Part shown: positions 13,605-27,504 of the stretch, one piece after another | Layout: each line of letters begins with the position of its first letter | Position numbering within the stretch: the stretch's first letter is position 1 | Source of the DNA: Trichoplax adhaerens | Lineage: Eukaryota; Animalia; Placozoa | Assembly: GCF_000150275.1 (NCBI RefSeq) | Contig: NW_002060947.1 | Location: 4,082,335 to 4,146,334, forward strand | DNA length: 64,000 nt | Direction of reading: 5' to 3' | Notes under the pieces: generated by a model | What the model saw: only the letters and a program-made list of their open reading frames with translations | The model's database searches: none | Told to the model about the DNA's origin: nothing | Position numbers and translations under genes: made by a program

Positions 13605-16264
13605 TTATTTTCCAAATCTTTGCTGGCAATTGGAGTAATCCCTTATAACGTTTAAGAATAAGCTATACGGCAGATTCCAATGCGATAGTAAAGACCTATA
13701 ATGAAATATCAGTACATCAACGATCGATTCATAACAGGCTATAACAACTTAAATAATCATATCCTTACATCGCGGTTACTTCTAGCATTGCTAAACTTAC
13801 GTTATTTCGGTCAGCCTAATTTGCCAAGGCAAAAAGCCCAACATAGAATCAATATCACCAAATTTTATTACCAGTTCAGGATCCGGAAATCCATGCGTGG
13901 CTATATTACGCATTCAATTAATTGATGCAAACATCAAGAAGACAAAAAGAAGATTGACATCTTTTCTAGCTATTACATAAATTTAAATCAACATCTTTGA
14001 TACTAGGCTTCAATCATTTTCACTATACCTAATTTACGCTAACGGCAGTACAATGCATACTAATTTAAGCACAACTGCACAAGGATACAATCAATATACG
14101 AGTTAGTGATGCTCAAAGCAAATCACATACGTTTACAACAAAATGCAAAATCATATTTGCAATTATCCTTTATACAACTGCCTACCATAGGCTGAATAGA
14201 GAATGATGTCACTTGATACAGGAGACAGTCTGTTCATTTTACTTACCATGCAAAGTAGACGTAACCCTGTCAATTTCTTGATCAGTGACTGTAGCGTGAT
14301 AAAAATTAGAGTCAGAGCATAACTTTTGGGCAGCTGTGACAATATCTTGACGTCCATCTGAATTTGATAGGAAGTTTAGGCGAATTGGTTTGGAATATCC
14401 TAAAATTTTTTCGTCGATCGTTACCAATAGAAATGTATAGTAATAGCATTAATTAGATAGAATCTTTTTTATTCAACTTGATCACCTGTATTTAAAAATT
14501 CTATCAAAATATCATTATCGTAGAAAGTAGATACTTTAACTACTAATTGTTGTAAGAATCCAACATGTCAAATAATCATACAGTATCAGAGTATCATATC
14601 CTGCCATAATGATGCTTACAGTAAGACAGAAACAATCTAGCCGTAGTTAATGAAGGGTACCATTCTATCTTATTAACTATCAACATAGCATACATGTCTC
14701 ATATTTGTAATATTTATGTACACTATCTTAAATGACTATTTTCCGATTGTTGGTACTCACAACATTTACACAACATGACGTACAATTTACGAAATTATGA
14801 ACAAACCTGGTATGCTAATATTAGCCAATGCTATGCCGTTACGACAACTTAAGACCATTTTCGTCTTCTCTTTACTTAGTAAGAGGTTATAATAATTAGT
14901 TACCTCTTGATTAATTTTGTGTCTCATCTCTTTCAACCAACCTGAAGAAAACGATGATAGCTCAATCAATAAGACGTAATTGTATTATGCTAGACAGGCT
15001 CTTTTGACAAAATTACTATACATCTCAATAACAGTTTTAGCATATGATGAACTTTAAACTATATCAACAGTGGAATAGAAAGCCAAGATATAATTTATAA
15101 CAGGGTACTAGCGTCCGTTATTGAATAAGAATTGAAGTCATATTGTACAAGTTGAGTTCTCTCTACTTAGGTAATTCATTAATTGTAATTAATAGCAGCA
15201 ATACACATGGCTAGATTTACAACTATTCAACGTCTGAAAGTTGCACTATTATCAACACTGATTTTAACTTTTAGTCTGTACATAAGAGTATACTGTACTG
15301 TACGTACTACAGTCTATTTAATTTAATTATTAAGCAAATCAGATCTGTTGACTCTATCAGATACTTCAACATCCTGTCTCATGATATCTAAGTTATAATA
15401 TTACTTATTTACACTCAAAGAATAATATCGTGCCTAAGCGTAGATATAACATTTTTAGACTTTGGCATTAGTCACTTATTTTGGGCAGTTTGTAAGTACA
15501 GCAATGTAGACGCACTAGACAGTACATTGTAGTTTTACCATGGAATATGTTAATAATACAAATTTGCTTGGGTAGTCCATATAAATACTGTACATAGCAA
15601 TTACTGCAGAGTAGCAAGTCAACAGTCGCACCATATCAGGAATACAACAGTCATGATGATCTAATTGGCATGCAAGTAAGACATGCACTACCGTCAATTT
15701 TTCAATTAGCAGGAGATTGCTTGTACGGTCTACGAATACGCGTGTACAATTATGATCATCACTTGCAATCCATTGCATGCCAACAGTTTTAAAAGTAACT
15801 CAATTTTGAAATTGTATGATGTTGATGCAGTAAGATTAATGAAACGATTTAAAAAGAGTACTTTGAATGTATTTGTATTGTTACAGGAAGTAATCAGGCA
15901 GAACCGCATGTGATTGCGTTGATGATGACCTAGAATGAGCGAAGAAAATATTCTCACCTTTCTGATCAAATAATGTAACACATGGTATGCCTATTCCAAT
16001 AGACCAAACAATGACTTTGGCGATATCTTTACAACTGATGCTATCTTCAACAACAACTAATCCAATATGAGCAGGAATTTGCTTCATCCGTTTGCTATCT
16101 CTATGTATAGAACTAAGGTCGATCAGGCTACCAGGATTTTGAATAAAATTCATGGCAACGATGGATTTGGTTGTAATCACCACCTTGTCCCATACGCTAA
16201 ACAGCCATATCCTCAGTCGTATTAATGTATGTAGTAAATACAGTATATTCGTGTATAAAGACAT
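13605..16264 (-). CDS. NUS1: Dehydrodolichyl diphosphate synthase subunit NUS1/NgBR; exons 16264-15958, 14941-14807, 14399-14247, 13900-13801, 13695-13605
   Basis: [29 protein letters not shown]...[12 protein letters not shown], and C-terminal RxG motif CQQRFGK*. Confidence 0.95.
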
Positions 16265-17019
16265 TAATTTACTTACGACACTACGGTGGGATTAATCTAA
16301 AAGTATCAATCAATCAATCAACCGAAAGCATCTTGCAACAGTTTACAGATTACACTGAATGCCAGCAAGGAAAGCAAGCTTGCAATCGACAAGACGCCAT
16401 TTCTCCAACTCTGGTGTTTTGCGCGAGCTGTCAGCTCTGTAGTTGGTCGTTGGTACCGTACCGCGTTCCAGGGTGGTACAATGTACAGTACTAATTTGGG
16501 AGTACTGTACACTGTACACTGTAGGTCTTCTTTGTGTAGTCTACTGTATAGACTGTCTGTACTGCGCAGTAACGGTTGGCCTTGAGGTGTGACAATTTGG
16601 GACAGTCCGCGGAGTGGATCGTGGACGGAACGGAACGGGAAGGTACGGTACCATTTTACGTGTCAGCGTGTCATTGAACTGAACAATCTTCGGACTACGA
16701 TCAGACAGACACCGGCAAGATGCTGATGGAGTCACTGCAAATGGAATAGTATGGCGAATTCATTCATTGTAATTAAATCATTTGACTGTGAAATCAAAAA
16801 TGCTTTCATTTATGCAATCGAATTGATTCTATAAACATGAATATAGGCAGAATCAGTTCAAATGAAATGAAATCACTTCCAACTTGGTCCCAACTTTCAT
16901 CGTCCATGCAAAAACTCGCTAATCAACTTGAAGTACTGTATACTGTACACTGTGCTGTCGTGCATGTCTAGACCTGACTCAATTTACCCTTCCATTTGTG
17001 CCAATGTCCAGTACAAGTC

Positions 17020-17226
17020 TGATTCTTTTCAATGGCACCCTGAAAAGATATAATTGTGTAAGTTAAATCAGGCCCAAACTAGAGAAATTCTATAGGTAAT
17101 TGTAGCCTAATCACTCAGTCTTGCTCATTTGACGGATATATATTATACAGGAATTTCAACGGAATACAACTTTGATTTTTGAACCAAGGGGTGACATCTA
17201 AAATAATCAGTGTACAGTACAGTGTA
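17020..17226 (+). repeat. Dispersed ~200 bp element, copy 2
   Basis: Inverted match to 8298-8496; its 3' end overlaps the first unit of the 169 bp tandem array. Confidence 0.9.
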
Positions 17227-17695
17227 TAACACTGTAACTCGTATCATTTCTGCCCCATGGACTGTCCAGTGTCCAGCGTCCGTCGTGTACAGCGTACAGT
17301 GGTATAGTGATATACTGTTGTAGCAACTGGAGACTGGCCAGCCAAAAAGTCTTCAAGGGGTGACATCTAAAATAATCAGTGTACAGTACAGTGTATAACA
17401 CTGTAACTCGTATCATTTCTGCCCCATGGACTGTCCAGTGTCCAGCGTCCGTCGTGTACCGCGTACAGTGGTATAGTGATATACTGTAGTAACTGGAGAC
17501 TGGCCAGCCAAAAAGTCTTCAAGGGGTGACATCTAAAATAATCAGTGTACAGTACAGTGTATACCACGGTAACTCGTATCATTTCTGCCCCATGGACTGT
17601 CCAGTGTCCAGCGTCCGTCGTGTACAGCGTACAGTGGTATAGTGATATACAGTACTGTAGTAACTGGAGACTGGCCAGCCAAAAGGTCTTCAAGG
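17185..17695. repeat. Tandem repeat, 3 units of 169/166/171 bp, in the NUS1/UTP11 divergent promoter
   Basis: caaggggtgacatctaaaataatcag starts at 17185, 17354 and 17520; terminal caagg at 17691; units nearly identical. Confidence 0.95.
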
Positions 17696-17780
17696 TCTGA
17701 GCTATTCCAGGATTCCTGCAGCGTGCACAAGTTGTTCGCATCTTATTTCTAGTCCATAGCTGCTGCCTACTGCTACTAGC

Positions 17781-20166
17781 ATGGCGTCTTTCGAAAAAGC
17801 TGCTAAAGCTGGTCAGAGAATACATCGAGAAAGAGATCAAGTACTCTTTTTATTTGTTGCATGCGTTCATAGTTGAATTTCATGCAGTTGTACTACTTTC
17901 AAGTGAGAATGTCGTTGCAATGCTATTTTTTTTCACTTGCAATAATTTAGCCAAGTGAGAGACGAAAGTTTGGACACTTAGAGAAGCATAAGGATTATCT
18001 TCTTAGAGCAAGGTGAAATCATACCACCAAACATCAGCCATAATTAAAATACTCTTATTTTCAATATCTTACAATTAATCTAGCAAGTTATGACTAGTAA
18101 AGGTAGCTCACTTAAGCAATTATACTGTGTCTCTTTTTAGAAATTATCAAAAAAAAAAAGAGCAACTGAAAAAATTGCAAATACAGGTTAGTGCGTAGAA
18201 ATCACAAGCTAATCGATTTCAGCAAAGTATAAATATCCCTCTAATGAAAACGATATTGCTCACCTTCAAATGAATTACTATTCATTATACCTACAATGTA
18301 TTGCTAATTATTACATTATAAACGGTGATATCTCTGTTAGCCAAGCGACAGAACTTTCAGCTAGTTATCCATATTCTATTAAGTCAAAGTGTTATGATTT
18401 ATCTTAGGCTCGTGATAAAAATCCAGATGAATTCCATTTTGGTATGATCAACGACCGCGTTATCGTAAGTTAATGAATTACCTTGTGAGATACTACCGTA
18501 TACAATATGCCTGCTTGAATTTATGATAATGATAAGGTGTAGCTAATAGAATTATTATTATTATTGGAAATACGTACTTATAAGTACATTTATACAGCAT
18601 GTAGCCTACAGCACGGTATATTATTAAATTATGTCATTATTGGCATACTGTATACCAGCAACGCCTGCCCTGCTCAGTGTTCACTTTGATCCGACACTAA
18701 CTGTAAAGTGTCAACCTAGTCCTTTTGCTAATATTATTTTGTATTACATACGATAGAACAATTGCAACTTTCGCTTCAAGGTGGTGTAATTTTAATATAA
18801 CTTGACTTCAAAACAACTGCATTGAAGTTCATAAATTTCTCAATTTGCTGTTAACATAAATCTCAGATCGCCCTATTGAGCGATAGCTTCAGTAAAGATT
18901 CTCGGCGTTTTATCTACAGTTGTGCAGTTTTGACATAATAAATCAGCACTTGTAGCATGATAGACTTACGTATATTCTAACACAAATTCTTCGTATAATA
19001 TTCATTTGCCCTTGAGCATCGCTACTAACATCGATGCAAAGAAGTTTTTCTTATCGACCATACTAGATATCGCTAAATTAATGACGGATACTGTAGACAC
19101 TGTAATCGAGATTAGATAGGAGCTAAGGCAATATGTTATTTATATCCTATTAACAGGGCGGAAAACATGTCATTGCCAAGGATAATAATAAGCAACGACC
19201 TTTCAAGTACCGGAAAGCTCAAGTTGTAGAAATGCGACGAATTAAGACCAGAGAACTACGTGCAATCTTGTTAGAAAGCGCTGACCAAAAAAAGGTTGCA
19301 ATAATATCTGTAATAATCGACGAGATTGTAGTACAATCATCGTACTATAGCATAGATGATTAAATTAAAATTATATTGCCAAATCATGCATACACTCTTT
19401 TGGATGATTATGCGAATAAAATGCTGCAAAATTATTCTACAACTCTACTAATTTATAGTGTAATATAAACACGGTCTCTGACATCAACACTATTGATAAA
19501 AAGAAATCTTATTAATATTGCCTCAAAGAAGTGTAAACCAATTTGTAATCACTGATATTTAAATGCTAGTATCACCTTATACATTTTAACAATTTGTGTT
19601 TATAATAGACTATTGAAAAATTGCAGTGTAGTCTTAGCCTTTACGAAAACAAAACAGGATTTAAAAAATCAAATTCTCATCTTAGATTTTACGAGACAAC
19701 TGATGAAAGTAAGTGATATTCCTAATTATTCCTTGTTCACCTATAATACACCCATTTAAGCAATTTCTATTTTCATTACTATCATTCATTTGCAAATCTA
19801 GAAAAAGAATTAATGAATTCTCAAGATAGCACAAAAGATGAGATCAAGTTGAACGCTAAAGTATAACCACTTAAGATCATTTTATCAAATTCGTTTCAAC
19901 TTAATTTATTAAATTATGTATTATATTTGTTAAAATAGAATACCAAATTAAGTCATTATAAGAAACAGTTACAGGCTAGATTAAATCGATTACAAGAACT
20001 TCAAAAAGCGGAGCGTCAGCTACAATCTGAAATTTTACAAATGGTACGTATTATTGCTACTCTATGCAATCAGCGGTAAAAACTGATCATAGTTTTCAAT
20101 TATTTATTAATTATAATTACGATTATCAAGGGTCAATCTGCTAAGAAGAAGATGGTGAAAACGTAA
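17781..20166 (+). CDS. UTP11: U3 snoRNA-associated protein 11; 9 short exons starting 17781, 17951, 18141, 18408, 19157, 19609, 19802, 19939, 20131
   Basis: Spliced MASFEKAAKAGQRIHRERDQ|PSERRKFGHLEKHKDYLLRAR|NYQKKKEQLKKLQIQ|ARDKNPDEFHFGMIN...TIEKLQ...SHYKKQLQARLNRLQEL; missed by the ORF track because the exons are tiny; exact 3' end uncertain. Confidence 0.92.
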
Positions 20167-20606
20167 ATATATTCGAGTAAATCACTTGTAGCATGGCTAC
20201 GACTTTGTACATACTGATGGATGATGGTATAAATAAACTTTACCTACTATAAACTTAATTATATCAAGTTTATTAATATCAGACAATTTATTACAGTACT
20301 CATTGTTTTTTAATGAGTAATTCAACTTCGCCATGCTAGGCATACTTACCAGCCAGTTATAGTTCATACCGATAATATGTTACCAGTACCATCAATAAAT
20401 TGGTAAGGCCATTACCGAAAACCTTATTACTGTATAAAAATATTACGTAATACACTATAGAACAAACTTAATTATCAATGAAATATCATCAGCAATCCTT
20501 GTTTTTTATCTATATAACTTAATAGAATATATATATTTCAATACCAATACAAGTAAATGTGTGTTTGAAAATCCATTAAGCGATAAAATTGTCGTATACA
20601 GTGCTA

Positions 20607-23600
20607 CTAAGCTAAATAAATAAATGTATTTAAATCTTGTTCGTCCCGCTTAATATAGTTTTCTTCTATCAGCTTTTCCAATTGATCTTTTACGACTGCT
20701 TTTTGCGGAAAAAACATATTTTTAAGTACATTCACGAGCTCTGTCTGTAGCTGACCAAAACGAAGTCTTTTCCTCATCTTCATAATCTTAATGATAGCTT
20801 CCTAAATCAACACAACCGTGTAAGTTGGTAACGCTCTTATCTGCAAATCGAAATTAGTGACAAAGTATAGCAACTAAGTTCTAATCAAACATTACCCACA
20901 TTACCGGCTATACCTGTGTTCGAAGCATTCGTAAACTAGCAATTTCTTTATTTTCTTCTTCGTTACCCTTTTCTGGCGCTAGCTGTAATCGCCCAATTAA
21001 GGTAACTTTACCCCTTTTTTGTATTTTTCCAGATTTACTCCTGTTTTGAAAATATTAAAAAGAATTTCATTTATCTCACACTGACGTCATCCATTACGCT
21101 TTAACTCATAACTACAAAAATTAAAGTCCTAATTTATCATGCAGCAGCAGCGCTAAAGAATACTGTAACATAGATGTATATTTTCTCTGCATACTGTTTT
21201 TAACTCATTTTATGCACTGAATTAATCTTACATGCAACATAAATTATTGATCAATAACAATTATTTAAAACAATCTAAATCCTTTCAACAAACAAATTGC
21301 AAGTATTGACTAACACAATATTAAAATCACGATTAATCCTGAAAATTGATTGATGGGTATATTCTCGAAATGATTGCACAGATGGATTGACAAGTAAAAT
21401 CTGGTACTTCATTTTGGAATTGTTAGTCAGTGACTATAATCAAGATATGTTCATATTGCAGATTAATGGTATTATAAGTGGATATCCGTATTAATAATTA
21501 TTATAATAAAGGAAGTTAACTGTTCTCAATCAACATCATCAAATTACTAAAAAAATCCAACAATCCTTTCATACATAATCTTTACTTAAGACATAAATTT
21601 TATAATATAGACTTACAAATAATGTTTTACGAAGTTCTGATTCATTCAATCCTGTTGCAATCCTAAAAGTTTATTATTTTTTATAATATCGCAATTAATA
21701 ATGATATGTTCAACAGCAATAAAGTAGAAGAGCTAGCTAGATAGGCAGTGTTGCCTTTTTTGTAATATGATTTTTATAGTCTAATACAAAATGAACTTTT
21801 TTAACTACGATACGAGTATAACATGTAGGATTTCATACCGTAGACTATCGAGCGAGATTTCATCACTTGGTCTCAAATTCCAAGCAAAGAGGACCGACAT
21901 CTGGAAAGTTGTCACTTCTAAATCGTACTTACCATAGTTAGTCGCAAATGTGATCTTATTACAGAAGGAATACAAACAAAAATTCAATTATACGGCTTAA
22001 AATAAGCTGACTATTATTTTAGTCTCATAAATAAAGCAAATTCCTAACAATTTTTGATAATTTGTTGAGCTGATACTAACAGTGCCGCTGGAATATAAAT
22101 GGTGCCACTGTAATTTCCGAGTGGTGTATTTTTGATGATAAAAGCCTTCAATCTCCTTAATATATTCCGCTAACTAGTAGAAATTTATAAAGAATTATTC
22201 AAGTTACTAAAGGAAATTGAAATATAAGACGCATACATAGAATTAAATTAAGCCAGGTAAAGACAAAGAAAACTGTTCGTACAGAATTATATTATCTCTA
22301 GAGTACTGTCATCACTCATAATTTATAATTCGAAACGAGATAAGAAAGCATTTTGGCTATTAATTAAAATATGTAAAAATTGCTATAAAAGGTTTTGATG
22401 ATAATTCTTTCTAACGATAAAATCGTATAGTATAGTATTAATTAAATAATCAAAAACAAACAAATCAAAGAAAAAATAAAATAAACATTAGAGTAAAGGA
22501 TTACTTCGGATGGAAGTGATACGTTAGTATTCTCTGATCCTCGAGACCAAGCTGCTGCACTTAGAATTTTGGCATTAATGGTATCTTGACATAGTAAGGT
22601 ATAGCATTATCAAAACATGTCAATAGAAATATTATAATTATTATAATAATGTAAGTATACAATATTTTACCAGATGCCTCTTTACTCCTAGCTTCTTTAA
22701 AGAGATTGTTTACATCATGGCTAATATGAATATCATGAAACATCTTTGCTAATTTATTGATAAATTCAACGGGCATTTCTATATTCTATGTAAGCAATAA
22801 ATGAATATTACAATTACCATAGGCTAATAACAATAACACCCTACTATTTTTCTGTGAATATCTAACAAAAGTATAATTTATGAATCACTAAAAGTGCAGA
22901 TCAGCATTTTGATGTACCCTTAACCATTCGATCATATTCTCTTCCATCTCTTGGTCAGCTGTAATATCTAGGAGAAGCCTTTTCATGAGATGGACCTTGT
23001 AATATCTGAAGAACAAGTTACGAGCAATTAAGTTCATGTCGAATCATAACCAAATATGAAATATTCATACCTCATAAAAACGTCCTTATTTTGAACGTAT
23101 TTCAATAACAGAAGCTATAGCAAAGAGCAGCAAAGAATACAATGAGAAGTCGAGTAACTTCAATAAGGACTTTTAGAAATATAACATCTGCACGAAATTT
23201 TATGAAATTTTCGCTCATATTCTACATTGTATCCGAATGGAAATAACGTGATCAAGCTATCATACCGCATCTTTTAGACGTCTTTCTATCTCCCCAGATG
23301 TCAACTTTTTATTTACGTTAGTTTTACGTAACAGTAAGTCACAATAGCCTGCTAATAGCTCAGGGCACCTGGACTCCGGTTCAAGCTTACCCATGCTATT
23401 GGATCAGAAATATTACGTGTGATGTTATATTTTACGAATAGAAGGACTGACAGCTAAAATATATAAAAATTTAACAGCCAAAACAATAATAGTTGTAGAT
23501 ATTACACAAGTGCATAAGGCATATTTATATTTACAATACATGCACAAATAATCACCCTTTGATCTTTGTTGGAATATTTATAGAGAAAATAGTCCGATCA

Positions 23601-26600
23601 TTGATGATTTTCTTAAAAGCCTTACAAAACATAATAAAATATACCAAAATAGCATTATAATTCTAGTTATACCAGACCACATTAGCAATAATCTATGGTA
23701 TCCAAAATTCCTACTATACCTGATCTCGACATGACAAAAAACGTGCATCGTCGTTGAAACCACCTTTAAGCAATTCACTAAACTTTTCGTAAAGCCCTAT
23801 AAATTTATCAACGTATTTTTCGCTATCCTAAAAGGAATAAAGTTCATTTTCAAATATTATATGAGAAATTAAACATAACAGGAGGGGTAAATTTAATGAC
23901 AAATAAGGTATAGAAAAGTTACCCAAATAATAACTTCCGCATCAGTCAATAAAGTTGACATTCCCGATTCAAGTATGTGTGAGCTCAAAGCTTCCAATAC
24001 GTTGTCAATACATCCATTAACTCGATCCAGTAACTTAAATATTATAATAAGGTCTGTAGGGAACAAAAATGCACCTGAGTGGCTGGTTTAAAATTCAAAT
24101 TTTATTCGAAATTATTAATTAACATATAAAGCCAAGAAAGACAGTTAAAGATTAACCTGCAGTATTGCCATTCTTTATCATTTTGAAACACTCTTGTAAT
24201 AATATAGATTTTCGACTATTTATTAAATGATTTTCTATGGATTCGAGTACCTTAAGGAATCATTAGCAGTAGATTACAATCCAAGTTGTATATAAGAATG
24301 TAAAGTAAGAGAAACATTACAGTTATGAATACATACAACTTTCATGGAACTAAATTCCAAATATCGCCGACAGTTATCCTCTTCTTCTCGTAGTTTAGCA
24401 TCTACCTATAATATGTATATTAAGGACATAATATAGCTATTATATCTTGATAGCAAGGAAACAAACATATAATCAACAAATAATAAATTATATCATAGCG
24501 GCTGTGCTTAGCCACAATATCCTATGTTACTTTGGAACGATATAACTTACATAACGAATGTAATCCGACATAGACATCTCGTCCAATGCCATTGAAGATT
24601 GTAACTTGTAATATTCTAAAATATTTTTCATATATGCTCGTTCAAATTGTTGATAAGTATCCAACTTATCTTTATCTTTAGAGCAATGGAGATGAACTAT
24701 GAAGGAAAAAAGGTAAACTAAATTAATATAGGTGACATTACCAAGACCAGCTAAAAGAATTATCAGGAAGCTTTGAATTCTAATTAACCAGTAATAGATT
24801 TATGCCTACCAAGCGCATCCTTTATATTCGTAATAAGTTGTCCATTATAAATATGATTACGCTTCTCTTCTATTATCAACTCCATTACATTATCTAATAA
24901 TCTTTGGATATGGTAATTAAGCAAACCATCTTTCCATTTCTCCAACATTGTCTTAAATGATAAAAATTATTGATTATTAATATATTCACCATTGCAGAGC
25001 TTTTTATATTTGAAGTTGGAAATAACTTATGCCTTTTCTTAGTATAGCTGCTACCACTTACATCTCGAAAAGCTTGACATTTATTTCTCTTACTAACTGA
25101 CAAAGCAGCACTGCCAGATTTGTTGGTTGAAGCTACCTCCAACCTCTTAAATAGTTGCGGTATGTAATCGCATAAACGATAGTAAGTCTCCCAAATTTGT
25201 ACATATTCTTGCAAAAAGACTAGCTTGTCACTCTGCGCTGCAAGAACCTAGGACGTTAACAGATTATCTACATATTTAATATTACCATTAAAGATAATGG
25301 TTAGTTTATTATCCTAACTACAAACAATATTTAAATCTTAAATAGAACTAAATATATGAATGTCTTTGAAATTCAGTATGACATTATTCTATGCTCATAT
25401 TCTTACGTTCACAGTATCTAGTCGTATAATGATAATATCAGAGACCACATGATATGCTACAAGATCGACTAAATAAATTTCATGAATAATTACAGAACTT
25501 TTCAAACTGACAAAGTAATAATTATTTTAAAAGTATTGATAAAAATACTGCACTATTGATTCTACGCACTGTATTAGTATAAGCAAGACACATTGTTAAA
25601 GATTATCGGCGCAATTACCTTGCGCTAAGAAAATCACAATGATACACAATGTATCCAATCTCTACTTCATACGAGTATATTACTGGGATGCATACCTCCT
25701 TTTTATCCAGGACAAATCTGTTAATAACGCTATTAAAGTTATCGACAATTATTTGATTGGATGATTCATACCACATACTCAATCGAAAAGTCAATCTGGA
25801 ATTAAGAAGGCATAACATTGCATAAAGTTTCGGTAGAATATAGCATATATAAATGCTTCTATAGCTTTGGTTGGAACAAATTATGTCTATCAGTATCCGA
25901 AGCAAGTACGTATTCGAGACAGTTTTCGCAGGTCGAGAACTCATTAATTACGTATTGACATATATTTTCTAGAATGAGAAGTACAGATGATGCTATCATT
26001 CATAGCTATAAAATGGAAGGAATGTAAGACACATGCTTTACTGTATTTGTAAATGTCTACTCTTGATTCATTGCTATAACAAGTTTAGCAGTCGACTTGG
26101 GATGCAATGATAGTCAGAAAATGACCTTAACCAATGCAAATTGCAATATTGATTGTATATTTATGATTATATGATACAGTATATGTACTTGTTTCTCGAT
26201 CTATCGTCTAGGCATAAATCATTCGATGTTGATCCACAAGTAGTTCGTTATTCTATATTTCATATACCGTATTGCAAGTTGGCAAGAGCCAATGTAGGCC
26301 ATAAGTAAACATTCTACCGTAGTACGGAAGCACCATTTATAAATAACATGTCAACAACCTAGTTGCACTAATATACCGTAGCTCAAATTGTCACTATCGT
26401 ATACCGTACTCAATAGGCAAGATTTTGTAAGTAGCATAATCAATTAATACAGTAAAGCTTGCATAAAAGTTAGCTTACGCAAAGAGATCTTGCCATTCCC
26501 TTTTGCTGATAGGTTGCTGATTTAAGAGCGCCAATAGAGTATGTTCAATTTGCTGCCAACTACGTTCGAAATCATCATTCGATGAATCGTCGGCACTGAG

Positions 26601-26618
26601 TAATAAACCTGTCGGCAT
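20607..26618 (-). CDS. CUL5: Cullin-5, many short exons
   Basis: N-terminal FERSWQQIEHTLLALLNQQPISKREWQDLF; ESRCPELLAGYCDLLLRKT; YVQNKDVFMRYYKVHLMKRLL; YDLEVTTFQMSVLFAWN; neddylation region EAIIKIMKMRK; end DLNTFIYLA*. Confidence 0.96.
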
Positions 26619-27271
26619 TTTTAAATTAATCAACCACAAGGGTAAAGTAATATCTAATAATAGCCACCAATGGGAAATGTCGGGTTGTTAACACATTTAA
26701 AATTGTGACTATAAAATAGAATTTCAACGGATTTTAAGAGGATTTTCAAAGGTCTAAAAACTTTAGTAGGTCCGTTTCAAATTTTCAAAGGTTGTCTTTC
26801 AAATTGTATTGCTTGTACTCTCTAATATTATATTCTTTCAAGTTTTCACTCTTTGTAGGCTTACTTCATCCTTTTCCAATGAAATCCTACCATTTCTTTC
26901 AAAACTTGTTCTACCATTCAATTTTAAAGCGATAGGAGCAGACAGTAGTTCCTGAATTTCCAATTTTTCCAATGTCGTCACTTTAGCTTAACTAACTCGG
27001 GTAAAGTTATTACACTGGATCGACGACTACGTCTTGCGATACTATATATAGCAATCTGCAGTCCTATTACCTATAGGTTAGTGCGACTGGGCTGACTAAG
27101 TATTGTACTAGTATACAGAGTGGACTACAGTATCAGTACTACAATAGTATACTATAGTATACTATATTGTACAATGGACGCCGTAGACAATTTAAAAATC
27201 TGGATCATTGCAATATACGATCAGCGGATATATCTAAGCCTTCAAATAAAATAAATAAACTTCCAACAACT

Positions 27272-27504
27272 TCACGATTTAGTGTACATAAGTGGCAGTC
27301 TCGTGATATAATTTCTGAAGGGATTCTATTTACTGAAAGTCAACTAGCGCCGTTTCAAATACTGATACAACGCCATTTTTTTTTTTTAAATGACCCAAAA
27401 TGGCGTTGTATCAGTATTTGAAACGGCGATAGAATACTTTTAGCAAATAGAATTCCTTCAGAATTTATATTAGGAGACTGCCACTCATGTGCACTAAACC
27501 ATGA
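27272..27504. mobile_element. Foldback/MITE-like palindrome with ~105 bp arms
   Basis: Left arm 27272-27380 is the reverse complement of 27397-27504; inner ~30 bp (cgccgtttcaaatactgatacaacgccatttt) is perfect. Confidence 0.75.

Noticed and set aside
17020-17226. Identification of the dispersed element as a known snRNA (U2/U4/U5/U11/U12) or telomerase RNA
   Set aside because: Only an Sm-like GATTTTTGA matches; no other diagnostic snRNA motif or telomeric template recognised
17185-17695. CRISPR-like repeat array
   Set aside because: Whole units are repeated with no unique spacers; eukaryotic context, no cas genes
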